A program made the translations under genes and the position numbers. A model generated the notes under the pieces. The model worked only from the letters and a program-made list of their open reading frames with translations, was not told where the DNA came from and searched no databases. A stretch of DNA of 64,000 nucleotides from Podarcis cretensis (lineage: Eukaryota): the NCBI GenBank assembly GCA_951804945.1, contig OX638152.1:32178001-32242000 (forward strand), given 5' to 3'. The first letter of the stretch is position 1; each line of letters begins with the position of its first letter. Shown here in pieces: positions 37,731 through 49,437 of this stretch.

Positions 37731-39695
37731 GCTTTGTTTTCTTAGCTTTCTCTGTTGAAACACAGAATGTTTTTTTCCCCTCTTTAAGATGAGAGCAACT
37801 CCTGCAGGCAAGCTGGTGCCAAACATATTGCTCTTCTTTTCTTTGGATCAGTGAGGCAAGGGGGGGGGGTCCTATCATCTGAGCAGCCCAGGACCTCCAT
37901 TTACACCACCCAAACTTGTGCCCCAGGCAGGTCACTTTGGTGCTGCTAACACAGCAGTGCACCCCTGGAGGGGCACTCCATTTTCTCCCAAGACAGACAA
38001 ATGCCAACAACAACATAATGCTTGAGTTAGAAAGCTGCTTGCTATATGACCTAAAACCTGAAGCTATAGAATACACAACATCTGTTTATAAAGTGAGAAG
38101 TTTGGTGAAGGCCTAAGAATCAATGGGATAATGTGTATGGACTTTCCTTTTGTTTATTTTTATGTGCTTGTCAAACTATGATTTATTCCTTATTTGATTT
38201 TTCCCCCTCACACTAAAAGATTGCTGCACCTGTTATGTATATAATTCTTCATTCTTGGAAAGATGCTGTAGAAATCTTGCTTACTAAGTGGTCATGTGCA
38301 TACCATAGTGAACTCCTGCATGGTAAATAGTTCACTGTGTTCACATTCATTGTGGGAGAAGATAATTTTGTGAAGTTTACTTCCTGTCTTAATAAATTGC
38401 CATCACGTTCATACTTGGACTTTCAGAGGCTTGGCTGTGCTCTGATTGTTTAAAGTAGTGGCAGCCTTTGATGATTATGTATACTCTTTACATGGCTTGC
38501 CTTAAGGAAAATAATGGAAATGTTACATTGCTGATGGAGCCGAATATGTTGCAAAAATACACATTCATCCAGAGATTAATAGACTTTATGGCCAGTGTAA
38601 CCTGGACCCCTTACTTTCGCTTGGGTACAGCGAATTGACAGGGGTGTGAAACTGAACTCTTGGTGTATCTCTAGAGGCTGGACTATTGTTTAACAAGATA
38701 TTTGTGAGCAAACTAAATTAAGATGCATACTCTAGAATCAGAGGAGAGTCATTTTGGTTCACAGAGGTAGGAGAACACATCATGAGCAAAATATTAAGCA
38801 GGTCTATCCCTCATAAATGCACAGAAGACCAACACTCTCATCTGATAAGCCAGCCTCTAGATTGATTATCCTCCCTGGCTCTCCTCTAAATGTATTGCTT
38901 CATTCTAAGTATATTGCTACCTACAGAGCCACATCTACCATGAGTCCATCAAAAGTTTTCTAATGGAAACAGTTTTCTTTTTTCAAACAATCATTCCTCC
39001 AAATAAAAAATTATGAAAGATTTTCCACCCTGATAAAATTCTTTCTATTTTCTAAAAAAAGGAAAGCAAGTTTTGATGAATGAAACCAGGGTTTGTTGGT
39101 AGCGGTGTGTGTATATCTATTTCTATTGGGAATCTAAAAATTTTGGTTATCAGTTTTTCTTAACCATTAAAAAGAAGAAAAATGGAACATTGAGAATGCA
39201 GGCACATTTGAAAGGAAATGAAAGGAAAACATTTATTGTATTTCTAAAAATGTGCTTTCAAAACCCTCTCCCATTTTCAGTTCGTACACTACCTGTTTTT
39301 ATTAATAGTAGATCACAGATTTCAACATACAGTACATGTGACAGGGAGGGAAACTTCTCATGATCATAGCCCCAGGGAAAGCATGCAGAGAGCACATGTG
39401 ACACACACGAAATACACAGTACACATGAAAGGAAGCTGGGTGCATCAGAGAACTGAACTGCTTCCCCAAAGGTTCTTTGCAACCATGGAAAATGATTGTA
39501 TACACAAAACAATTTGGTTACAATCCTGACATTAGAAAAGGAGGAGTGGGCTATACTGAAATTTCTCCAGTTGAAACTGTTTAGTTTAGCTGATTGATCC
39601 CTGTTTTTTCAAAGCAAAAGATAGGGAAAAGAGTCAATGTCAATACAGCAAGAGTATTAAAGTGGGAGATTGGTAGGGTATTTTCTTAGCAACTG

Positions 39696-40216
39696 TAGAA
39701 TCATAGAATCATAGAGTTGGAAGAGACCACAAGGGCCATCGAGTGCGATCCCCTGCCAAGCAGGAAACACCATCAGAGCACTCCTGACATCAGAGCACTC
39801 CTGGTTGTCAAGCCTCTGCTTAAAGACCTCCAAAGAAGGAGACTCCACCACATTCCTTGGCAGCAAATTCCACTGTCGAACAGCTCTTACTGTCAGGAAG
39901 TTCTTCCTAATGTTTAGGTAGAATCTTCTTTCTTGTAGTTTGGATCCATTGCTCCGTGTCCACTTCTCTGGAGCAGCAGAAAACAACCTTTCTCCCTCCT
40001 CTATGTGACATCCTTTTATATATTTGAACATGGCTATCATATCACCCCTTAACCTCCTCTTCTCCAGGCTAAACATGCCCAGCTCCCTTAGCCGTTCCTC
40101 ATAAGGCATCGTTTCCAGGCCTTTGACCATTTTGGTTGCCCTCCTATGGACACATTCCAGTTTGTCAGTGTCCTTCTTGAACTGTGGTGCCCAGAACTGG
40201 ACACAGTACTCCAGGT
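39696..40216 (-). mobile_element. 5'-truncated young CR1 LINE
   Basis: Open frame [32 protein letters not shown]...[12 protein letters not shown] is the canonical CR1 ORF2 C-terminus; 8-bp (GATTCTAT)n terminal repeat. Confidence 0.95.
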
Positions 40217-40624
40217 ACTGTACTATAGTTCAAAATTGAAGGAGGAACTCCTTTCAGCTCTATGGAATCAGTTTGATATTTATGAATTTCTAGGCGTGTA
40301 TTTGAACAAAGCTTACTTGTTTACTAAGGATTATCTACCAGCTTGTAATGTTGAAGCACACACACTCATATGCTTCTCATTTTACCACTACCCTGCCCCT
40401 GGAATTTTGGTTTTAGAACCAGTGATGTTGGCGAGCTGCTTGGAAATTCAAACACCACTGGGGCCTCTCTCAGAAACACAAGAGGGTTTCAGTGCCTTAG
40501 AGGAAAACAGCATCCTTGTGTTTGCAGGGGAAAAAATTGAATTGACCCAAATGGTATCAATGATTCATTGCAGCCTTAGTAGTTTTGTTTTGCCTGTTGT
40601 TATTTTCAAAGTTTCTCCTTTTGC

Positions 40625-40770
40625 AGTGGTGGAGCAAATGCTTTGTATTCAGAAGGTCCAACATGTAGTCTCTGGTGTCTTCAGGTAAGGAAAGTTCCTG
40701 CCTCAAATTCTGGAGAGTCACTGCTAGTCAGTCAGGCCAATAGCAAATTAGATGGACCAGTGCTATAAGG
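40625..40770 (+). mobile_element. Squam3-like tRNA SINE, degraded
   Basis: CAGTGGTGGAGCAAATGCTTTG...CTGGAGAGTCACTGCTAGTCAG...AGATGGACCA. Confidence 0.7.
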
Positions 40771-40899
40771 ACCCATGGTTCGCACATGCATCACAACTAA
40801 GTCCTGCACACTTAGCTGGAAGTAAGTCCTATTGACTCAATGACGCTTACTTATGGGCCCAGGCGCAATGGATCTGCGGATAGGATGGAGCAGTCATGA

Positions 40900-41440
40900 T
40901 ATTAGTTGTAACTAAAGACAACCATATCGGGATTTCATACAGGCCACAACTTTTATTGATTATAGAAGTTAGCAGGTTTTGGCATCAGCATTGGGTGCAT
41001 ATCCTGACATCAACCAGCTTGATCGCTGGTGGATGCTAGACATGGTTAAGGGTTGCCCTATGGAGAACATCAAATCAGGGCAACCCCCTCAAGGTCACCA
41101 CTTGGTGTCCTATGGCCTGTCAGCTCCCATCTGGGCATCAGAATAAAAGTACTTCCCCCAGGATCCCATTAAAGGGATACCTTGATCCTGAGGAGCAAGG
41201 GGCACCCCCTGTCTGGTTCAATTAAAGATCCAGCCCAATGGATTCACCATAAAGTTGTGACACTTGCTGTGAGGTAGGCGAAACCCCCAGAAAGGCTCAA
41301 TTTGTCTGAAGGCAAATTTCTGTCTGCCCCTGTGGCCTGCCCACATGCCATTGGGTAGCCCACAAGCATAGAGGTATCTGGCTATTAGCAGCTCAACAAA
41401 TTTGTATTTCAAATCAGATAATTAAAACTCCAATGACATT
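40900..41440 (-). mobile_element. LTR-like dispersed repeat, copy B
   Basis: Reverse-complement homology to 18020-18505; TTTATT at 40952. Confidence 0.55.
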
Positions 41441-41849
41441 GCTACAATTTGTCCAAAGTATGATTTAGCACCACTGCAATATGTGCTACAATGCATAGGT
41501 GCCCCCCTGACAACTGAGCAAGTAAATAAATTAAAAAAGCACCAGTGCATGCCTGGTTCAATTTCATAGCTAATCCACGAACAGTACTGATCCTGTTTCC
41601 ACCTTGCTGCCTATTCCACTTGTGGCACCTATGTTTCAGGTTTGTTATCAACAATTTATAGTTTTTTCTGCACCTACTTTTCCAGTCATTTACTACCCTG
41701 CATAATGCATGTCTTTTAAAAGAAACCAGGGGAAAAGAAGGGTATTGGGAGGGTGAGATAAGCAACTGTTATAAAACAAATAAGAAATGTATTTTGTATA
41801 CTATGCTCAAAGATGCTACACACACCCTTTCTCCAAAAGGATAGACAGT

Positions 41850-42215
41850 AAAAATAGAAAGAACTAAGAGAAGGGCAACGGGGATGATTAGAGTCTTTAA
41901 CAGGCTTCCTTATAAAGAGAGATTAAGAAGATTAGTCGTATTTACTTCAGCAGAGACAAATAAGAGGAGACGTGATAGAGGTGTGAAAATAATGAACAGA
42001 ATCGTGAAGGTCAATCAACAGCTTCTATTTACTTTCCGAGCAGAACACAAAAGAGGAACATCAATTAAATTTAAATATTAAAAATGCAGCTTTGTAAAGG
42101 AAGTGTACTTGTACACAGTGCATAAACATGCATCGGTGGAACTCACTGTCAAGAGATGTAATTGAGGATAAGTGATTAATGAGATTCAAACAGGATTGGA
42201 GATTTATTTAGACAG
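41850..42215 (+). mobile_element. Ancient CR1 ORF2 3' remnant
   Basis: Translates to RRATGMIRVFNRLPYKERLRRL, with downstream pieces resembling GDVIEV and WNSL. Confidence 0.75.
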
Positions 42216-43539
42216 TGATATATCCACTGGTACACAGGGTGAGATGAAAATAGGTACGAGTACTAAAGTTGGCATAAGCCAGGCACAAAATGCCCAAGGT
42301 ACAGAGGAAGTCTTAACCAATGGACATGTTATTAAATCAGATTGTTATTGGGTGATAATCCATGTCAGGAACCAGCTCCGCAGCAGCCAGCAGGATTGAT
42401 GAGCCTTCCGAAAGGGAGGCATCCTCCCGGCACCACAGTCAGAACTGAGGAATGTGCACATGGCTGAAGAATAAAAATGCAGCTGGCTGCACTTCCCAGG
42501 AGAGTCCCAAACTGAGAGAGACAAAGCAGGTAGGGTGATAGCTCTGGAGAGGCCGGAGTCAGAAAGGTGGAGGGTAGAGAAAGGAGATTTTGCAAGAGAA
42601 AGAGCCTGGAGGAGCACAGGGACAGAGGGATGAGCTGGAGAGAAGCTTTGCCTCAGAAGGGAAGGAACAGAAGTAGCAGGAGTCAGAAAGGAAGGTCACA
42701 GGCCCAAGAAACCTCCAATAGTGAGTTTCAGGGAGTGGAGAAGAAATTCCATAAGGCAGGGAATCTATGCTAAAGGAAGGCTGTGGGAGTGGAACAAGGA
42801 GTGCTTACCTGAGAAAATAAAACATGCAGAGGAGCTCAGTGATGATAGGAGCATCCAGTCCTTAACCCAGAAAGATGCCAAGCTTGAAGATCATATTCTC
42901 CCTGTCTTTATCCCAGTATCAGGGCAACCAAAGTGGTTTCAGTGCTGAACCAGATTTCAAAGCAGATTGGATATAGATCATCAGTCTTATCCAAAAGCAT
43001 ATGATGCTGAATGGCAAATTCCAGCTGGAACATTCAGTAAGGGAATATCTGTGATCGGACAATTATTGCCCTGGTCACTTTTGTCATATAGAAAAACTCA
43101 GGTCCTCCTGATGTCGCTGGACTATATTCATCATTGTTTATTTGTTTGCCACCTTTCCAAAGTTAAACCATGCTTGTTAGCTTACATCATCGAAAGATTT
43201 ACAGAATTACAAAAATAACATTTAAGTAGTCATAAACAGTAAATAAAAACATCACAATAAGTATGCAATGAAACTAAACAATTCTCACATAATAAGATCT
43301 ATAAAGAAAGGTATAAACACACAATACCAGTAACACCAAAATTTAAATATTTCCAAAATTAAATCTTCACCCCAGCAAAAACTCCCAAACAATACCCCAC
43401 GCCAATGGTCTCCAGACAGCTTGAGCAGCAGGTCTTGCAGGACTCAAAGCAAGGGTGGTCTCTGGTTCCTTTGGCAGAAGCAGAAGTTTTGCAGCCAGAT
43501 AGGAAAAGGCCAGCCAAGCAGGGAGCAGGTCTTGCAGCA

Positions 43540-43645
43540 AAGACTATACCTCCCATCACCCCTAACATTTGCCCCATGCTTGCTGAGGCTGATGGGACCT
43601 GGAGTCCAACAGCATCTGGAGAGCCACAGTTTCCCCACCCCTGTC
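43540..43645. mobile_element. Fragment of the palindromic hAT MITE family
   Basis: GACTATACCTCCCATCA...TGATGGGACCTGGAGTCCAACAGCATCTGGAG...CACCCCTG; related to 23076-23352. Confidence 0.7.
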
Positions 43646-45251
43646 ACATATGGATCTTAGTTTGTTTTTGCTTCCATAGGGAAGGAATCCAATGCTGTGT
43701 TGGCATCGCCTGGTAGGTTAGATCATAAGGGATATGCACTTTCTGACACCTGTCAACATGGAAGGTTCCATTGCAGCCCCTGACATAAAAAATAGAACAC
43801 CCATTTCCATAAAGCAGAACAGTGCTGATAGCTCCTCATTCCATCACTACACTATGAGGCTACCTGTCTAATGTTTGATGTGAAGAAAACATTATATGTA
43901 TTTGTAAATAGTTTTCTTTTCATGTGTAAAAGGTAACAGATGGAATGCAGAAATGTATCAGAAGTCTCTTCTTCCCCTCAGGAGTAGCAAGTTATTACCA
44001 TTGCTAATTTTTCCTCTACTGCCTTTTTACCAGTGACCTCTTAAGACCCCTGCTTTCCCGTCTGTTTTTCCTTCAAACTGCCCTATCTTCCACCTATGCC
44101 AGGGAATCTTCATTCCTGGGCTCATATTTCATGTGTTACTGGACCCTGATGAAGTTGTCTAGCTGCCTTCTTTCCATGAGTTCTTTGAAGTCCTCGGTAT
44201 ACTATCAGGGTCTGCACAGAATTAATAATTCAACTGCTTTCCCCACCCTCTTTTGTCTCCTCAAGTGTGTTCAAATCATGGAAGCAGCATTAAAGGAATA
44301 AAGTGCTTTTGGACAATTATAGACATGCTTCCTCTCTTTGCAACTGCAGCCGATCTCCTGATGTGATTTCTGTACATGATGACACACATGTTCATTTCTC
44401 TTTCAGTGTCCCATCTGGCAGGCTTTGTGGCTATTCTTGAGCGAGCTAATTTACAGTTCCCATTAGCCATGCTTCAGCTAAAACCAATTCATTTGTTTGA
44501 ATAAATGGCTGTGGTTTAAAAGTGCCTCTGGTGATGGATTGGTATCTAGTCATCTTGGGAAATAAAAATAGTTAACCTTTGGGTGACATGTTATATATTT
44601 ATGCTTTATATTTGGGTGGCTCAGGGCAACGTAGTGTAGAAATTTTGTTTTAAGTTGAATAATTAGATTAAAACACAATGTTCCACTTCCTTTTTCATGA
44701 CTGGTTGTAACTAACTAGTCTCTAACCATCCATTACACCTAAACCTTAAAACAGTATATTAAGATCAGTTTGTTTCCAGTCTGTGTCACTCTTGCATTTT
44801 TCTTTCATTTCCACATTAATTGGCTGATTTTTTTAAAAAAAAAACCTGCATGAAAATTTGTATCTAAATATGTATTTAAATAAGAAATTTTGAATCCATT
44901 TTCTCAATATGTATTTATAAGCATGTTTTTCTTTCAAAACACACATTTTCTAAATGCATTTAATGTCAAAATACTCATTTTAAAAGACATCTTGATATAT
45001 AGAGGCAGGAGTTGCATAATAACATTCAGATAAATGCAAAATTTGATAGGCAGAGATATTCTGATTTGCCCATTAGCATGGATCAGATAAATTCATATCA
45101 GAATTTGATGAAATTCCTCAAGCATCTGAATGCAAGTGAGGAAATGGAGAGGTATGGCTCCTTAAGGTGTGAAATATAATTGCCTGGATGTGTCTTTTCC
45201 TTATACCTCTGGAACACATGACCTTTGTCGAAATAGGTAACCGTAGATGAT

Positions 45252-45655
45252 GGCCATGTTTGCACATAATGCTAAGTCACAAACCCTTGTTTATTGATCC
45301 ATACTGTGCACAAGCTGAGTGCTAGTCCATGCAACTCAAGCACTGCCACTTCACTCCCTCCTTTGTACAAGTGGGTAAGCAAACCACAAAGGGACTAGCT
45401 AAGCATTATATCCAAACCTGGGATTGTGGATTGTTTTGACAGAATGATAATCACTATTAGTTTGTTGTGGTTTGTTGGGGTAGAAATAAATCACAATCCT
45501 AGAGTTGGGCATAACATTAAACTAGTCCCATTGTGGTTTGTTTACACGCTCGTGCAAAGTGAAAAAGTGGGAGTATCCAGGATAGCTGTACTATCAAACA
45601 ATTCACAAACTGTATGGTTTCATAAACCAAGCTTAGTATGCATGTGAATGCAGCC
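45252..45655. mobile_element. Degenerate MITE, possibly PIF/Harbinger-type
   Basis: Imperfect inverted ends GGCCATGTTTGCACAT..GCTAAG / CTTAG..ATGTGAATGCAGCC; internal AAACCAC / GTGGTTT inverted motifs. Confidence 0.45.
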
Positions 45656-45983
45656 AAATTAAAATTTCACAGAATCATTTAGAAATTTTCAGTAGTAAAA
45701 GTAACTTGTGTGACTTTTGAGTCTCTTGCCAATGGAAATGTATTCGTACTTACTGAAAGAAAAGTGTGTTTGCTAATGCAGGTAAATTTATCCTGCCCAC
45801 AAAGGGAGCCATTCAGTCATTCTCAATGAAGTTTCATTAATGGGAGAAATAGAAGTTGTGAAAAAACCCTTTTCCTCTTTTAATTTATTTTTTTATCAGC
45901 TAGCTTTTCTGACACTAACAGATAATGCATTTACAGTAGGATAATCATCCGCTAGAAATTGTAAGAAGTTACAAATTTAAGTT

Positions 45984-46122
45984 AGGTAAAGGTAAAGGGA
46001 CCCCTGATCACTAGGTCCAGTCGTGACCGACTCTGGGGTTGCGGCGTTCATCTCGCTTTATTGGCCGAGGGAGCCGGCGTCCAGCTTCTGGGTCATGTGG
46101 CCAGCATGACTAAGCCACTTCT
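45984..46122 (-). mobile_element. Sauria SINE 3' fragment
   Basis: GGTAAAGGTAAAGGGACCCCTGA..AGGTCCAGTCGTGACCGACTCTGGGGTTGCGGCG: the (ACCTTT)n tail and Bov-B-related 3' end diagnostic of Sauria SINEs. Confidence 0.88.
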
Positions 46123-47080
46123 TAAATTTTGTTAAATATTCACACACACACACAAACCTGTCTCAGGGCCTTCTACAATTGATTCTGAAGAAAGGTTTGC
46201 CTGTTTAGGAATATTAAAGTTTATAGTTAGCCAAGTAGTCATGTAGACATAAATTTTATTTACAGAAAAAGAAAAGATAATTGTAAAATCAGGATCCTGT
46301 TCTGGAAACAATAGTGTGTGAACTTTGTGAAGCTGTGGCACTGCTATGAATTTTTGACCTTTTGCATCTGAAGCATGTTCTGTAATCCTATGAGATCATC
46401 ACAATCTAATGAAAAGCTTCAATTGAACTTAAAGGAATTCAGAACAATATCAATGAACGATGTTTCACTTGGAAAATTCTGAAGACATTTGTGTAGAAAA
46501 TGCTTGATGAAATCAATGGCCTTTTGGGGGATTTTAGAAGCAGGACCTCAGGAAAGGGACAAAGGGGAGGAACTATCTTCCCCCTTTCAATCAGAATCTA
46601 GTGGAGCCCTGCTGACTTACCAGAGAGAATGAACACTGGTGTATGTGTAAAGCTCATACCTGTTGACCCCACCCAAACCACTGAAAATTAATCTCATTGT
46701 CTGTGCAGAAACTGAACACATATAGGATCTGCCTGCATGATTTGTACGCTGCAGGGAACAGATTCTGCATACAAAGCCTATGCACGTACAGCTTGTAAAC
46801 AGAACACTGTACAGAAAAGGTAGGTGAATACTCAGAAGTTGGAGTAGGGACAGCAGGCATGAATTTCCCAGGCATCTAGTCTCCCTGATATGCTGTATGT
46901 GGAGAGGTCTTGGAGGAGGCATCGAGTTGGGAACTCTGGAGACATTTACAAAATGTTGAATTATTTTGCATACAGCAAATATGGAACATGTGTTTGTTAT
47001 TTTGCATAATTCAAGAGATAGAGAGAACCCTATGAAATCAACATAACATAATTTTGAAAAAAGAATAAAAAACAGCAGAT

Positions 47081-47148
47081 ACTAATCACCTTCACAATCA
47101 GATGCAACAATAGCACTAATCACCTTCACAATCAGATGCAGCAATAGC
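47081..47148. repeat. 34-bp tandem duplication
   Basis: ACTAATCACCTTCACAATCAGATGCA(A/G)CAATAGC twice, one mismatch. Confidence 0.95.
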
Positions 47149-49084
47149 AGAATCCCTTGCATGTCCACCCAGAGAAGTAAATTTATTGGAGACATATGGT
47201 AGTTAACATCACATCTAGGTTTGCTGTTAGCAGAAAAGTTCCAATTGACTTCAGTTTCTCTTATTCATAGTCAAACTACACAAGGCACACTTTGCAGTGA
47301 GTCCTCGCAAACTCTCACAATAACCCTGTGAGATGTGTTAGGGTTGAGAGATATGTTAAAACCATCCAGTGAACTAATTTGAACTTCATGACCAGATTCC
47401 CAACCCCTGTTCTACAGTTGCCATTTCACAGCCAAGTCCATCCTGCAATCTATGGAATGGGCCAAAATCAAAGGAGAGGGTTACATTTGAATGCAGGTGT
47501 GATCTTCAGTGCCCCAGCCCCATAGCTTAGTTGTTTTTCATTGGACTATTTGTCCAGCTTTGTAGGGTCTCAGGCAGAGGGAGCTCTTTCATACTACTAC
47601 TTGATCCTTCCTACCGGAGATGATAGTGATTGATCTTGAGACCCTCTGCCTGCAGAACATGTGCTCTTCATGTTTTATCTTGCCTTGTCTTTTCAGGTCA
47701 CTTTGAGACTTTCCCTTTTGTCTAAAGTGACTTATAAATGTAAAAAATACTACTAGTACTAATAATAAATATTTAACAATATTACCCTTGAGCTATGATT
47801 AATGCATCTTTCCAAGGGAGCCTGGAATCTGAATCTTCACTTCCAATTATGCTTAATTTCTGCTATCACATCTCATACAAGCTGTTCCACTGCATGAAAA
47901 GCCTGTGTGTTTGAACATAGAGATTTTAGTTCTCTATTATACCCCACTCCAAATAAAATTTTCCTCTACGGTAACAAGCTTTTTAAAAAATATGCCATTT
48001 GTGGGGATTAGGTTTTTGCTTATTCCTTTCTGTTCTCTGAGGTCCTTTACATCTGTTTTTTGTTGAAATTCAAACCTCACCTCTCTCTTGACCTCCCCAT
48101 TTTTTAATGCTTTGGTAATAGGAAACATATCAGAGCTTGGTCTTGGTTAGAGACTTGTTGGTTTGGTTTTTGCAAGGAGGAGAGATGACTGTTCATCACA
48201 AGCATGCATTAAAATGTGTGGTGGGTTGTTGTTGTTTTTTTCCTCGTTGGCAATTGCTTTGAGCATCTTTCTTTTGCTGTAGCTCTCACCATTCACTGTT
48301 TGCTGCAGGGGATAGAAAAAGCAGGGAGCACACAGAAAATGTCACAGCTGAAAGGTTTTCTGTAATCCTCCAACATATGTTAAACATTAAAGCTCCTTCA
48401 GCAAGTCTGATGTGCTCACCGTCATCGTGGGACCAGCAGTTAAAGCACCCCAGCGCTGCCAGGAAAACGTTATCCCGGCCCTAATTGAGAGCGACTTAAC
48501 TAATGTTTCATTTCCTAATTAGTCCTTGTCAGCCGCTGGAAGGCCATGGATGATGCTGGTGGCATGGGGCCCATCGCTGCTGCAGCTGAAGTTGTTCTGA
48601 CAGTCGGCAGCTCTGGGAAGACCTGCAAAGTAGGTCTGATGGTTTGGGGATGGAATAGACTGCAGAGGGAGGGGGAAGAAAAGGCTGTTCCATAAACAGT
48701 CATGTCCTTAAGTGAGCAAAACTGAACGTGAATGTCCAGCATCCATGTGTAACAATACTGTTGGTATGGATGTTATTACGGGATGCTGTTGAAGTTCTCC
48801 ATTGGCTACCCATCTCTGGAACTGACTGGAAAAAGCCAGCACAGTGCGACAAAAAATACGACTATGACAAGCTCCATTCCCAAAGATTATTTGGCTGTTA
48901 GCACAGCACTTTAATAAAGTCTTAGATATGGATTGAATAAGAAGTCCAGTCCCAACATTTAGGAAGCAGGAAACCAAAGTTGAGGAATACAGGCAGATGA
49001 AGTTCATAGCTTTGAATCCTCCTAATTCCAGACTTGTCATGCCTCTTCTTACCAATGTGTATCATCTCAGGGGAGATTCGGCAG

Positions 49085-49270
49085 CCAGGTTACTCGCTGG
49101 GGCAAGATGGTTTGAGCATATTAAACCAATCCTAGCCTGACTATACTGGCTACCAGTTAGTTCTCAAGCCCAATTCAAAGTACTGGATTTGACCTATAAA
49201 GCCTTAAATGGCTCCGGACTGCAATACCGCTTCTACCCATATGAACCTACCAGAATCTGCCAGTGAGGAA
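49085..49270 (+). mobile_element. L2 LINE ORF2 fragment
   Basis: Translates to EHIKPILA*LYWLPVSSQAQFKVLDLTYKALNGSG, the L2 HITP-LHWLPV-FK motif. Confidence 0.88.
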
Positions 49271-49414
49271 TATGCGCTGCCCTTGTTTAGAGGAGCCTCT
49301 TTTGCACACAGGGAACCTTGCAAGTTGTCTTGGGCAATGGGGTGGCAGAAAAGCAGGGGGCAGGAATTGGGGTGAAAGTGAAAACTAGTCACTTTTTACC
49401 TAAGTAAATTGATG

Positions 49415-49437
49415 AAATAAATAAATAAATAAATAAA
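49415..49437. repeat. (AAAT)n microsatellite
   Basis: Seen directly. Confidence 0.9.

Noticed and set aside
40146-40688. 180-aa ORF
   Set aside because: Joins antisense CR1, unique DNA and a SINE; not a gene.
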